A DNA stretch of 64,000 nt from Ginglymostoma cirratum (Eukaryota). Position numbers and translations under genes: made by a program. Where the stretch lies: assembly GCA_024137785.1 (NCBI GenBank), contig JAHRHZ010000048.1, forward strand, positions 12,690,256 to 12,754,255. The letters are read 5' to 3'. Position 1 is the first letter of the stretch. The number at the start of each line of letters is the position of its first letter. Positions 29,101-44,100 of this stretch are shown piece after piece. The notes below the pieces were generated by a model. The model did not search any database. It had not been told where the DNA came from and worked only from the letters and a program-made list of their open reading frames with translations.

Positions 29101-32100
29101 GGCTAGAGGTGCAGATGTGTATTGAGGCCATGTCCTGAACGTTGGCAAAGCTAAAGGTCAGGAAGTAGGCCAAGGATACATGTCAAGAGGCAGTGCAAGG
29201 AAAGAAGCTAAGAAATAGGCCAGGTCTTTGCCAAGAGATGGCCACTATTCAAAAAGCTTGTGTTAAGATGGCAGGGGCAAAATATCAGGAATTCTCAGGA
29301 GCAGTGGAGAGGCAATTCACATGTGAATCCTGGCAAACGAGAGAAGCCTAATGTGGGTGAATGCATTGGCTGATGACATTTTGCAAGCAAATGGTTTCCA
29401 GTCAGATACAACAGATCTTATTGAAAGATACAAGACCCTGAGGGGGGGGTATTGCTAGAGTAACTGAGAAGATGTTTCCCCTTCTCAGAGAATCTAGCTC
29501 CAGGAGCAAAGTTTAAAAGTAAGCGGTTTCCCATTCAAGACCAAGATGTGGAGGAGTTTCATCTCTTTAAAGGATTAGTCTGCGAGATTCTCTTCTACAG
29601 AGAGCAGGGGAGTCTGGGTCATTGAACATATTCATGCCGAGTTAGACTATGCTTTGTTTGACAAGCGAGTCAAAGATTTTGGGGACAGGCCTTTATTTGT
29701 TTGTGCATTCATTCATTAGTACACCCAAGAAAGAGTTAATTAGTAGGCACAAATGTAGAATTTGAAGCTCTAACCTTCTCTGCACACATACAAGCAAATC
29801 ACCTATGCTTGAAGGTGCATGACTTCAGGATAAGGCTGAAATGAGAGCTTAAGCTTTCAAATGTAAACATCTCATAGAAATTCGACATTTGTAGAATTTA
29901 GTTGGTCTTCCTTTGGAAGCCTTTTGCTGCACATACAATTCCAAACAGGACAACAATCTACACTGCAAAGATTGCCATCAAAGTTACTGCACAACGGCTG
30001 GCAGAGAGGAAGACATCAGCAGGGAGATCTAATAAAAATAACGGTAGCTCTAAAGCTCATTTTGTTTATTATCTTTGCTTGGTGACAATATAAACTCTAA
30101 AGCTGACTTCACCTTCAGCCTTTTCATACTGACCCACTCCCTCTCTAACCACTCTGTGGAAGCACCTTCACCACATGGGACTGTAGCAGTTCAAGAAGGC
30201 ACCGTCCCAAAGGCAACTATGGATACGCAATAAATGTTGGCCTTACCAATGATACCCACATCCTATGAAAGAATAAATAAAATGCCCCTACCATACAAGA
30301 AATCCTTTCACAGCTATCAACCAATGTTACAAATATAAAATAGCTTGCAATAAACCATTTCACAAAAAAGTATTGATGTGCAGATAATCTGCTGATCCAT
30401 GTTTTTTTTCAATGCTCAATTATGGCTCAAATGAGTTAGACAAGTTTTGATTGCAATTCCTTTCATAATGAACTCTCTTTCCGGGCACTGAATGAACCTG
30501 AAATAGTTCTCTACAGGATCTCATCGGGGTCATTATTGTGGAACCTGGGAAGGTAAATACAATGTTAGCATTCATTTCGAGAGGGCTAGAATACAAGAAT
30601 ACAGATGTACTGCTGCGGCTGTACAATGCCTAGTATAAGGTCCAGACTGCGTTTGGAATATTGTGAGCAGTTTTGGGCCCTATATCTAAGGAAGGCTGCA
30701 CTGACATTGGAGGAAGTCCAGAGGAGGATTACAAGAATGATCCTGGGGATGAAGGGCTCGTCATATAAGGTGCAATTGAGGACTTTGGGTCTGTACTCAA
30801 TGGAGATTAGAAGGATGAGGCGGGCTCTCATTGAAACTTACAGAATACTGAGAAGCCTGGATAAGGTGGATGTGGAGAAGACATTCCTAATAGTGAGGAA
30901 GACTAGGATTCAGGATAATAGCCTCAGATTGAAGAGATGACCATTTAGAACGGAGAAGAGGAGGATTTTTTTTCAGCCAGTGCGTGGAGAATCTGTGGAA
31001 CTCCTTACCACAGAAAACTGTAGAGGTCAATTCATGGAGTGTATTTAAGATAGAAATAGATATGCTCTTGATTAGTACGGGGATCAAAGGTTACAAGGGC
31101 AAAGCAGGGGAATGGGGTTGAGAAACATATTAACCATGATCGAATGGCAGAGCAGGCTTGATGGACCAAGAGGCTTAATGCTGCTCCTATATCTTACAGT
31201 CTCAAAGTGAGACCAGCAAGGAACTTATCCAGCTTCCTAGTCAAGAAGAAACAAATACACTCTTCTATAGAGAACTGAATGCTTGCTCGGCCCAAATCAG
31301 GACAGAATGCAAAGTTAACGGCACAGTGGCAATGTTACTAGATTATTTATTCTAGAAGTCTGGAATAATGTTCTAGAGACAGCTGTTCAAAACCCACACT
31401 GCCAGCTGGGAGAATTTAGACTCAATTAAAGAACAAATCTGGAATATAATGCCACAGAAAAGCAGCTAATATCAAAGACCCCTCCCACCCAGTTATAACG
31501 TCTTTCCACCTCTCCCCATCAGGCAGAAGATACAAAAGCTTAAACACTCGTATCAACAGTTTCAAGAACAGCTTCTTCCCTGCTGTTATTACACTAGTGA
31601 GTACATCCCAAATCTAAGTTGCTCTAAATTGGACTTCAAACCTCATCAGTATCCTGCAGATAAGTTGAGGATGTCAATATACCATCCAAAACCAGTTCTG
31701 AAGTTTCACAGAGACAAAGCTAGTCCTGGTATTGGGGAACAAGGTTTGGTCTCCGACTGGAAGCAAAGCCACCATTTCAATGGCAGCCTTCACAAGCAAA
31801 CCGTACTTCTCAAGCTGCACAGGGGCCTGGTTAACCTAAATGCAGCAAGTTTGAAGGTCATGTTCAGTGAAGGTCATGTTCAAAGAAGTCCTATTTTGAC
31901 AAGATGGCCTCAACAAAAAGTGTTAGACCCCTTAATTTTATAGGGAAGAGGCTTACAGTTATCCATAAAGCACAAACACCACACTTTCGGATATACATAT
32001 ATATATATTCATATAATCCACCCTATTGGATGTGTTTTAAGCCTGTAAAATACAAATTTCAAGGTTTGTATGTTTCTGATCTATAGAAAGTGACCTTTCA

Positions 32101-35100
32101 ACCCATTCTGTACTTTTGCAGGAGATTTTACAATGCTAAAATTATAAATGCCCTTATTGAATCAGGAAGTCAAAACATTACTCAACTTGCTTCTCTCTTT
32201 AATCATGAGATTGATTTCTAGAGAATGAGAGCTGGGGTCTGTTTCTCAACAGCTCTGGCAACAAACAAAGAACATGCCAAGAATGTGAAACTGACATCCG
32301 TGCTGACATACTGAGCTCTTTTCAAAAGCTGCCTCTCTGCTCACTCAGAAGGTAAAAACAACAGCTGATGATCCATCAAGGTCTCACTGGGGTCTCAGTT
32401 CCAGGATTCGTCCTTAATCTGCACCTGCTGTTCCACTTCGCATAGCATATAACGGGCACAGTTAGCTGGCAGGTTATTGTGTACTAGGAACGTAATCACA
32501 TGACGTCATCCAAATGCTTGCTGGATGTTCAGAAGATCTGCTCAGCTTACATGCTACTGGCTTTGCAATCAATAAAAGGCTTGGTATTATCGAACACAAA
32601 CCTGAAACTGTCATTTGAGTAAAGCAAATTCTGTTGAGTGTTTTAGAAAATACCCTGTATATTAATTATATTGGTATGTTTATGTGTAACAACATTACCT
32701 TCTACTGGTAGGTCAACGTGAACAATTAACTATACAATGACAAACCTAAAGAATTACTTAATCCTCTTTACGCTGTAATTTTAATTAAAGTATTAACAGA
32801 GCATAAAAATTAACAGTTGAGTTGCAAGGCTCAACCTTCAGGGTAAAAGTAAATGGAAGACTGGGGTGATATTGAAATGAACTTTGAGTTTAGTCACTTC
32901 CTTTTTACTATGGTGAAGTTCCTTCTAATCTTACACGGCAGCTGAGATGAATTCTGAATCAGTGCTTCCCAATTTGTTTTCTGCTGTGACTCCAGTTTAA
33001 TAATGCATGTTTGGTGCAACCCCAGAAAGAAAATTGGAATGGGAGTAAAGACTCATTGTGCTGGTGAGAGATTGAACAGCAGAGATGCAGGCACATACTG
33101 CCATTCAGTGTCGGTGGGGTAAAATCCTGAACTTCCTAACTGTATTGTGGGCATACCTACAGCAAATGGACTGCAGCGGTTCAAGGAGGCAGCTCCCACT
33201 ATTTTTTCAATGGGTAACTAAGGGTGGGCAATAAATGATCACCCAGGCAGCGACATCCATGTCCTGAGAGTCAATGAAATAAAAACAAAAAACGAGAAAC
33301 AGAAGACACCTCCCATTTTCTGGATCTGTTGCTGTCAATGAGCTCACTGGATGAAGCCACAGACAAGCAAATAAAAAAAAACACACACATTTAAAGTGAC
33401 CTTGTAGCCAATCCTTGGACTGTCAAATATTGGTATCTGCTCCACAGCCACTGAGCGATGATCACTCTTGTCACACTTTGGGAACCTCTCTTCTATAAAG
33501 TGTGCTGCTTCACTGTATGCTACATACCTTTGACTAGTTTACTAGAATTTTAGTGTTGTACTGGACGTTAGATACAGCATAAACAGGGATCTCTGTTTCA
33601 CTTTGCTTCAGTACATTCTGATCTTATTCCTATTACTTGCCAGACTGACAAATCACATGCTGCAAGTTCAGAACAAACTTGTTTTAAAATCAAGCTTGTT
33701 ACAGGCTTGAGACACAAGACTAAACTTATTTTAAATTCAGATTTGCAACACCTAAAGATTTTCACCTCATGTTTGCAGAGTTTTCACCAAGGTTAACACT
33801 ACAGAATCGAGCACAAATAACTCAGATTTTACTGAATAATCGCATTAAGAAATCAAAATAGATGCATGTTAAATTCAAAATGCCAGTCTCAAAACTTTGT
33901 TGATCTGTTAAATGTCACTTTGCAAATATTCCAATTATAGAATTTGCACCATCTGCCATATACCCATAAAAGTGCCAACCTATAACGATTACCTCCTTTC
34001 AAAGAAGGTTCGTTTTTAAAATGATCATATATTACCAAATGGAGGACATCAAATTCCCTTCCAAAGACAGAAAGACAACATCCTTGGGTAACTTCCCATG
34101 AACAACAACTAGTTATTAGGCCATAGATGTTAAATAATTAGATGACTACCGGAGGTTAGGCCTCTGACACGATCTGAAGGCTGTGAACCCAGCTGAAGTT
34201 ATGTTTGTTCATGGACATTAAACTTCTTCTGGCCCAGGATCCTGACCCTGATGCACTGAGTGGCCAACGTACAAGCCTTGGGACTGATATCAGAGACTGC
34301 CCTTAACTTACTAAACCAGGATCCCTTGACTGAGGCGGTTTCCCTTGATTTAACCGATGACAGCTGACAACCATGACAAGTTTCCTGGCTTTGTGGCTAA
34401 TCTGCAAGGCAAGACATAAGTGATGGGAGCTTGGTATTGTAGGGTGCCAAAGCACAACAATGGATGCTAAGGCAGGGATGTTGTGAGCATCCAGGCAGGC
34501 ACAAAGTGACTGAGTGTTAAGGGAGGAACAGAGCAGTTCTGGGACGCAGCCTGGTCCAGTCTGTGAGCTGTGCGCAAAACGTCCCTGCGGCAGCATTTCA
34601 ATGCAAGTTGTCAGTGCACCCCAAAGTGCCACTTTAAAGTGCGGAAGCAGCATGCAAGTGGACTGTATCAGAGATAAAAGGTACTGCAGATGCTGGAGAA
34701 TCCGAGATAACAAGTATGGGGCTGGATGAACACAGCAGGTCAAGCAGCATCATACGAGCAGGAAAACTTGACGTTTCGGGCCTAAACCTTTCATCCATGA
34801 GGATCCTGACAGGCTGACAAGTGTCCATCACCAGCATCTTTGGACAGTGGAGAGGTGAAGAGCCAGGGTTAAGTGTGGCAAGTTGCCCTAGACTATGCCC
34901 TGAGACGTTGTTGCCTAGGCTTTCCAGGCTGCCATCTTGGAGACAAGTGAACAACTGAAGTTGCCAGGTACCTACTCTGTCTGGGTGGTGTTGACACCTA
35001 ATTTTCTCATGGCAGGTCACAGAGTCGGAAGCTGTCCAGTAATGAGCAAATACATCAACAAGAAATATTCCCTGTTGAGTAGAATCTTGCCACTCATTAG

Positions 35101-38100
35101 ACAGGATCTCATCTCAACATCCAGAACTCTGTCTGAAAATGCTATGAGTCGCTCTCAACGTCAAAAAAAGCCTTGACCGATTCCTCACACGAATGCAAGA
35201 AATTTCGGCAAATCAAGCTCTTTTCAGATTTCACCCAAAGACTCTTTGCCTAAGCAGACTGTGCTTCTCCAACAATTTCTAGACTTGCAGGTTTCTTCCA
35301 ATGCCATTATTGGAATCTATTTATTAATGTTTTCATAATAATGGTTCATTACTTGGCAGATGAAATGGGACTGAAGATGCAAATTTAAAAATACTTCTCT
35401 GCATACTATTTTATGAAAAGCCAAAGTTAAATGTGTGGCTTCATGCTTTATTTTGCCTAAACGGCAATGGAAAAATAAAGATTGGAAGCAGTGAGATAGA
35501 GACAGTGAGTAAATTAAAATACCTTGTATCACTGATAAACAGGTTGCAGCCAAGAGTGAAATCTATGTGACATGAGCTGGTACAAGAACAAAACCCGTGA
35601 CTTAAGTAGCACCTGGAAGTCTAAAGCATCAGCATAGGACTGAAAACCTGTCTAGTACAGATAGTGGTGTGCAGTATTGCACTTTGCTATTGCCACAATT
35701 AGACTTTGAAGAAAAAATGATGAGAGAAGAATCACAGAATCCCTAAAGTGTGGAAGCAGGCCATTCTGAAGAGTATCCCACCCAGACCCACTCCCCTACC
35801 CTAACCCTGCTATTCCCCTGGTTAACCCACAAACCTAACATACCACTGAACACTATGGGCAATTTAGCATGGCCAATGCACCTAACCTGCACATCTTTAG
35901 ACAGTGGGAGGAAACCAGAGCATCCAGAGGAAAACCATGCAGGCACGGGGAAAATGTGCAAACTCTACAAAGACAGTCGCCCAAGGCTGCAATCGAACTG
36001 GGGTCCCTGGCACTGTGAGGCAGCAGTGCTAACCACTGATGCACCATGCCACCCCAGATAACAGCTTTTGAAACATGGATTTGATGGAGGAAGATTAGTA
36101 TGCATTGGATAGACAGAAAGACAGGCTAATGGGTTGGATCAAGAATAGAAATGTAGGAATTGAAAAAAAAAAAAAGAGTATTGCAAAATCAGAAGGGGAG
36201 AAAGAAAGCTTGTGTGAGTAGATAACAATGATGTGTGGACTGGGGGAAACTTGAAGAAAACCAGCAAAGAAGCAAGGTAATGCCAATGGCCCCATTATGG
36301 CGAGTGATAACCAAAAGAAAAGTGAAATGAGGCGTAGAACAGTTTTGTTTCATTTGAAGCATATGATGGGAGACTGATGTGTCATTAACCAAAGTGAACT
36401 AAAAGAGCCAGGTTAGGCAGTGGAAAAAGGCAAAAATTACATTTTCAACAGATGGTTTGAGGTAGGGTAGGGGAGGACCACACAATGACAACTAAAATAG
36501 ATAGGCCTGTTGACAGCAGAAATATGCAATCAGCTTGGAAGGACATATCTTACCAAGTGTATCAGCAATTTCATTCATTCAGTCTTAGACAGCAGCTAGG
36601 GATGAAGAGGAATTAGATCTGCATACAAGAATTTCTGCTGAGTCACAAAGTGAGAAAGAAAGTTGAAATAATACCCAAAAAAATGCAACATAAATAGAAC
36701 TTGATATTTTTACAGGGAAGAAATGCCATTTTATGTAGATACTCTTACATAAAAGTTATGGAAATGTAAGCACAGATTTAGGCATTGACATTTCAAAAGG
36801 GAGCGGGTTGTGGGAAATTGAGTGTATAAATTTGGTATATTGAATACCTGGTACTGTAACATGCACATGATGGCGTTGTACGAGATTACATTGAATCCAG
36901 TTAAACGATCACTGTAAGTAGGCCAACTGTTAGTCATCGGTTTAGGAATGTTGATGACATGGGTTGCTCAAAAAGGTACAACTTCTGGATATAATTGGGC
37001 AAGATCCGAGTATAGGAACTGTTGATGAGTCACTGGGTTGACTTTAGTTATTTACAGTTCAACCCTTGGGAGGAGGTAGCATATAATCAGGAATCTTTGA
37101 CTCTTTCCGATTGTCAAGTAGAGAAGTTTGAGGATAGCTTTCTTGTTTATCTTCCCCCAATTAAAGCCCTTGAGTGTCCAAGCAATGCCTACTTAACAGC
37201 CTCATGCCACTGCTGCTGATATGCAAAATCTAGTGAACTTCTGCGAGGGTGAGGGATACCCTCCTGATCAGGCACTTTCTGCCCAAAGAAAGCACACCTC
37301 ACTGGTGATTGGGGCTGCCCATTGCTCAAAGGGTGCCCCCTGCAACCCAGCATTGCTCTGGTCTGCATCAACTCACCTACATCACAGGGTCTTTGTTGCA
37401 GTAACAGTAGAGGCTATCAATGTGACTGAAGAGTTGCTGGCTTTTGACTGGCAGTGACTCTTGGAGATGGCATGTTTAACAATATGGAGGCTTTGACAGC
37501 AGACAGCAATCTGCCCAAGTAATGCTCAACTTAATGGGGCAGCACGGTGGCTCAGTGGTTAGCGCTGCTGCCTCACAGCGCCAGGGACCGGGTTCAATTC
37601 CACCCGCGGGCGACTGTCTGTGTGGAGTTTGCACATTTTCCCCGTGTCTGCGTGGGATTCCTCTGACAGTCCAAAGATGCGCAGGTTAGGTGGATTGGTC
37701 ATGCTAAATTTCCCGTAGTGTTCAGGGATGTGTAGGTTAGGTGGGTTATAGATGGATGGGGATGGGTCTGGGTGGGATGCTCTGAGGGTCAGTGTGGACT
37801 TGTCGGGCCGAAGGGCCTGTTTCCACACTGTCGGGATTCTATGAAATTCTATTCTATGAAATTAACCCCATATGGAGTTCCAATAAATGGCCACAGGGGA
37901 CTGCCTCAGCTTTCCAACCTATGGCTGGACCACCACATGGTCGTTATGTTCAGTCCATTGACTGAGGAAACAATAAAAGACTCAAACCAACGCTGCAAAA
38001 TGCTAAGGTGAGAAATATGGGACCAATTCCAACTGGAGTAAGGGGTTTTTTGTGGGTGGAATGGTGTAGACTAAGCTAAGGGCAGCAGAGTTTGGATCCG

Positions 38101-41100
38101 CCAAAGCTTATAAATGATGGAGAATGTGCGGCTCTGCAGCCGGTTTGGAGGCGAAAAGAGCACAAGTGAGATTTTCAACAACCACACCATAATGACAAAA
38201 ATGGCCAAGCCAGTTTATGGTGGCTGGTAATTTGACATTTCAATTGTCATATATTTTCTTCATGAAAACGTGGTGCTGTGGTTTGTGTATATTCTAACTC
38301 TAGATTTCTTACATTGCCTGTGACATGCCAGCAGGGCGATATTCCAAACTAGACTTTGCACAATAAATTGGTGTGTGACTGTTACTGGCTATGAGCTGCT
38401 TTGTGTTATCCTAGGAATTTTAACTGCAAATCTCTTCTTTATAAAATTGGCTTATCATGTATCTGTGTGATACTCAAATGGAGCTTCCCTTCTTAGAAAC
38501 TAAAATTGTTAAGGTAATAGTAGAGCAAGTGAAGTTTCTGCAGATTTTCAGGTTATAAACCAGATGATGGTTGAAGATTTTGCAACAAAACCTTGCTAAG
38601 TACCATCTTGAAGATACTCCATAAACCTTTTGGAGTTTGGATGGAAGAAATTACTCTATGCATTCTCAAATGTGCATGTTTAAACACTAACAATGCTTTT
38701 AAAATAATTAAAGGCTAGTGAACAAAAGGCTTAAGTAGTAGAGAAATAGTAATTTCAATCATTTATACACTAAACTAAAGTAAATGCTGAATCATAACAA
38801 ACAGATTTATTCTGATAAGGATCAGCATTATGCCAGAGAGACGCAGAAAAAAGCACCTATTCTGAACAATTACGTGAGCAAAATGGCAGCACAACAGCAT
38901 AAATTTCTTAACCCAGAAGTTTCCAAATGCAAATTCCAGCGGGTTTGAGCTTGTAAGTTGGAATTGAAAGGATGAGGAAGATTTCATATCGACTTTGCAC
39001 GGCAGAGTAAAATGGATGATAGCAAGTCAGCCACTTATTTTATGCATCTTCCAGTCACGTCAAAAGAAATTAATGAAATTGCAAGAAATACAAAACAGGT
39101 TACTGACTCATTATTACTCATGTAATACTATCGCACAAAGTAGATACGTAACCCCGAGTGCAATAGCATTAATTCCCCTTTTCTACTGACAGTAGGTTAA
39201 ACTATTGAGCTCATGCCAGGATTTTTGCTTACCCACAGGGCTGGTGCCTGCACCATTCGGCATTGTAAGGTCACCCATCATTCCACCTAGAGCAAAACAG
39301 AAGACAGATCCAGCTATCAATCAAATGCATTAGAAACACATTCTCAATTTATTGGCAATAAAACTGGTCCTAAATTTACTTTATGAAGAGGGGTCGAAAT
39401 AAATCAAGTTTTGTATGATTAACTGAAAATACATTCCTCTTAGAACATCAAGTAAGGCTCTTTAAAGTTGCATATTAAACTGACAGCGTTTTAGCAGACT
39501 AGTACTCAATAGAACCTTCAAAAACAATAATGTATGTTGAATAATATGTATGAGTAAACTCAAAGACAGTATCTACTAACAGATTACAGCTATAGATCAA
39601 GGTGCATGTACTACAGAATGGCTGTAACGTGTCTAAGCTTTTGATTAAATCACTATAAATTAACAGTAGTTGGGAAACAAAATTAGTGCCACAAACTACT
39701 GTGAGGTTTATCTGTTTAATCGATATGTTAAAGTTACCATGTAATCTTTAACATTTCAAATGCTATTATGTAATCTATATCAAATTTCAGTAAGCAGCAA
39801 TTTATCTACATTTCATTCAATCTAGTCCACTGTATTCACTGTTCTTAATGTAGTCTCTTCTACACTGGGGAGATGAAATGCAGACTCAGTGGCTGTTTCG
39901 CAGAACACCTATGTCTGTAACAATGGCTTTTTGCTTCCAGCTGCTTGCCACTTCAACACACCATGTTCCCAGGCCAACATTTCTGTCTCAGGCCTGCTGC
40001 AGCGTTCCAGTGAGCCTCAGCACAAGCCTGAAGAGCAACATCTCATTTTCTACTTCAGGACCCTGCAACCTCTGGGACTCAACAACGAATTTGTTAACTT
40101 TAGAGCCTGATTCTGTCCTTCCATGCTTTTCTTACCCATCCCCACACTCTGGTCCCATCAAGACATGAGTTGCTGTCAGCACAACTTACCTATTCTCTTC
40201 TACCCTTAGCTCTCATTATGATTTATGTGACTTCTCTTCTGTCCTGGCCTTCTATCAATGATCTCCTTGTCTCCCTTTCACATCTCTCTCTTTTTTTTCT
40301 CTCTCCATGCTCCGTCTCCACCGATCCACTCACTTCTCGCTCCACACCCCTCCCAATCTCAGCCAGCACAAATACCATTTTTTCCTATCTGCTATCAATT
40401 CTGAAGAGGAGCCACTGGACTTGAAATGTTAACTCTTCTCTCTCCCCATAGATGCTGCCAGACCTGCTGAGTTTCTCCAGCAATTTCGGTCTGTGTTTCA
40501 GATCTCCAGCACCCGCAGATGTTTGTTTTATTGAACTTGAGTAGTTTGTCTAACTCAACAACTTTAAAACCTACTCTAAACCTATAAAACTCAAAAAAGA
40601 AATTTGCATTTCTTTAGAAACTCATTACATACACAATGTCTAATACTGCTTTTAATGTGCAGTCTTTTTTTTCTGGGTTGTGGGTGTCACTAGCAAGTAC
40701 AGCATTTGTTGCCTGTGTCTAATTGCCCTTGAACTGAGTGGCTTGAGGGGTCATTTCAGACAGCAGTTAAGAGCCAACCATATTGCTGTGGATTTGGAAT
40801 CCAATGTAGGTCAGACCAGGTAAGGAAAACAGAATTCCCTCCTTTAAGGACATCAATCAATCAATGTTTTGTAACAAATCATAGTTGATGATAGTTGTCA
40901 TGTTACTAACTCTAAATGTAAATTGGTGAAGTTTGTACTTGTCCCCAGAGCATTAACCTAGATATGTGATTTCCTAATACAGTGACATAACCGCTCCATG
41001 AACGGCTCCCCTGTCAGTGTCGTTAGCAGATATGGCGACGGAGTTTCTCACAAGGTCCAAACATCAAATGAATTATCAAATAATATTGCATGCCTTCCCT

Positions 41101-44100
41101 CACTGATACATTTTAATGTTGGTCATGCCCTGAGATATTGTGTCCGTTCTGCTAAACTGAGCTAAGCCCATGTAGCTGTGCTTGCAAATGGACTGGTTCC
41201 ATCCGGCAAGGAACCTTGGTTCCAAACCCACTGGTCAACTTAAAAGAAAAAGGCTGCAGCTTGGCAATTATACCCTACTGGTAGCCTGAAACAGCGCTTC
41301 CAGCACCCCCAGAGAGAGGGGATTGGATTTCATATGATTGCCTCGCATTTCTAGCAGTCCCAGCAACTCAAAGGTGGGTGTTGCTGGGATGTCAAAAAGT
41401 CCTTCAGGTGAAAAGGGCACAGCCACAGAGAGGCAGGCCTGGAGTTTTGAATGGGGATAGATCAGGAGCCTAGGAGGGTGAAGGCGAGGAGTGCGGTGTA
41501 GCATTGTCTGAAATAGTTTTCAATAGCTTGCGTTCTGGTTTCAAAATTCTGTTGGGTATATTCAGCTTGAAATATTACTTCAGTTCAAGATTTTAAACTG
41601 AACAAAGTCGAGTAGTTCTTTTTCCCCTAATTTCTGTTGATAATGGATTCTTGCTTTCCAAAGGTTTTGCCTGTTCTTTATTTTGTCAGAATTCATTGAT
41701 CCTTAGTTTATAACTCCAGAGATTAAACAACAAAAGACAGCCGATTAGAAGATTAATATCTTTACCCTTTTGACAAAACTTTCATTAAGGCAGTAGCGAT
41801 GATTATTGTTTATTTTGCTCTGTGACCCACTGAGGGCCTCTCCTTCGGTTTTCTAGGCCCAAAGTTCTGGAAATTCCTTCCATACACTTCTCCATCTTGC
41901 TTTCCTCCACCAAAATACTCTTCAAAACATACCTCTTTGGCAAAACGTTTTGTCATCTGACCTAAAATCACCTTGAATGGCTGTGTCTAATTTTGTATTT
42001 TACTGCTCTCCTGCAAAGTGCCTCGATACTTCCCATTATATTAAACGTGATACAATTCTTATAGCTAAACCTTAATGACAGTTTTCTAGTACACAGCCTT
42101 GCCTGCTGGGAAGACAAATGAGGATAAACTATCCACAATTTTCTCAACTGATGAATTTTCATGCATCATCTATGTGTGGCCCATGTACAATCTACCAACA
42201 TGCTCAACCCCCACCCCCAAAACATTGGGCAAGGTACCCAAGTTGTAAGTGTGAAACCAGAAACTTATCTCACGACTATTTGGGGGTGAGTTACGGCAAT
42301 CTAAAATATATTTTTCTAATTCATGCGCTCATAGGTTCCTAATCCAAAGGAAAAGCTCTCTCGCTGCGTGTCATCTTTCTCATCACGTTACATTGATGTG
42401 GTAATGTTCTATATCAATGCCGTGGCTGCAACAGTTAGATATCTAAGTATACCTGCACTACCAGCACTGGGTGGTCTCTGCGGAGCCCCTGGTGACACAA
42501 CGTTTCTGGGCAGTGTAGCTTGAGGAGGCGAAAGCATGCTGGTATCTGTTAGAGATGTGGTTACCAATGAATGAGTTACAAGAGAGCTGCTTGGGTGGCT
42601 GTAGGTTAGATTATTTGGGTTGCTCACTGGAACTGCAACTGGCATTGCAAAGTTTTGTGGCGGCAAACCAGGCTGCAAAGAAATCAAAAAAGACATGTTA
42701 CTTCAATGCTAATATACATTTCATTTCAATAAAAGAAACGGCAAAGATGTCTGTGATTAATTGAGTTTAGGATGTACTGAATGCTTTTAAATGTACAAAA
42801 GTATAGCATTTATGATGAATTTGCACAATATCCTAAAGTAGTATAATGAGCACAGATTTAAAGTCTGCCATACACAAGTGAACACAAAGGCAGGTACATA
42901 CAATTTTCATCTGCCCAATCTTTTAAGGGTCGTTACTCCTGGCTCCATTTGATACAACCAACATAGCAACAGTTATACTCTTCCCAAAATTCATGTTAAA
43001 TAGATCTTTCTGTTACTTCACAAGCACGGGCTACCTATGCACCCAGGGGCCAATTTTTTTTTTTTTAAATTTCCCACAATTCATGGGGTGACAACCAGCC
43101 TATGAGTTTGCAATATGCTGTGGAGGCAGATAAGGTGCCCCTTCACTGATGCGCACTCTGGAAACCAACTTTCTAATACTTGAACTGGAAATAGACACTC
43201 TAGAGACAATGATAACAAGGTGTGGGGCTGGATGAACACAGCAGGCCAAGCAGCATCATAGGAGCAGGAAAACTTGACGTTTCGGGCCTAGACCCTTCAT
43301 GCTTGCTTGGCCTGCTATGTTCATCCAGCTCCACACCTTGTTATCTCGGATTCTCCAGCCTCTGCAGTACCTATTAACTCTAGAGGCAATTTCTTCTTTT
43401 ACATTATGTTCCTCAATTTTATAGAATTGAAGTATAAAAGCTGAAACAAAAAAATGTCTAATTATTGAACCCAGAACAATAAATCATATGAGTTCCTAAG
43501 CCAAGCACTTTGATGCATCACTGGTAACCAACACCAAATAGTAAGAATAACCACACCAATTTAAACCCCGTAAATAGAAAAAAAATGCATTTTATTGCTA
43601 GTTATTTATCAGGAGTTATCAATAATTCATTAGCCAAAATTTTCCTAAAAATGCAATGCTTGCTAGATGTTACACAACAGTTTTCACATCAGTGTACATG
43701 TGGCTCAGAAGCCAGAAGCATTTTTCTAGTTGCATTATCTATTTCAAAATAAAGTCTTGACAAAGGACATTATGCAAACTATTCCATAAATAATGTTAAT
43801 ATTTAAAATAGAACCAAGTCTTCTAGTACAGTGGTAGTGCTCCCCCTTCCCCTACTAGACCAGAAGGTCCAGTTTCAATTCCCATCTGCCATGGAGGTTT
43901 GCCATAACATGTCCAAAAAGGCTGATTAAAAGAACATCAAATAGAATCACATGTCAAATAAAATTATGCAGAAATCAGCAAGAATGGACAGACTGAATAA
44001 AAACTCATATATGATATTAGTATATTACTGTAACTTCACAACACAGAAATGCATGTTTCTCAAAAGCAGCACAAAATTAAAAAACAAAATGTGACATAGC

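Noticed and set aside
34303-35020. Long ORFs of 128-146 aa
   Set aside because: They run through a repeat insert, have no splice signals or homology I recognise, and overlap in several frames.
37536-37610. tRNA gene
   Set aside because: The A/B boxes continue directly into the V-domain and LINE-like tail of a SINE; no standalone cloverleaf or terminator.
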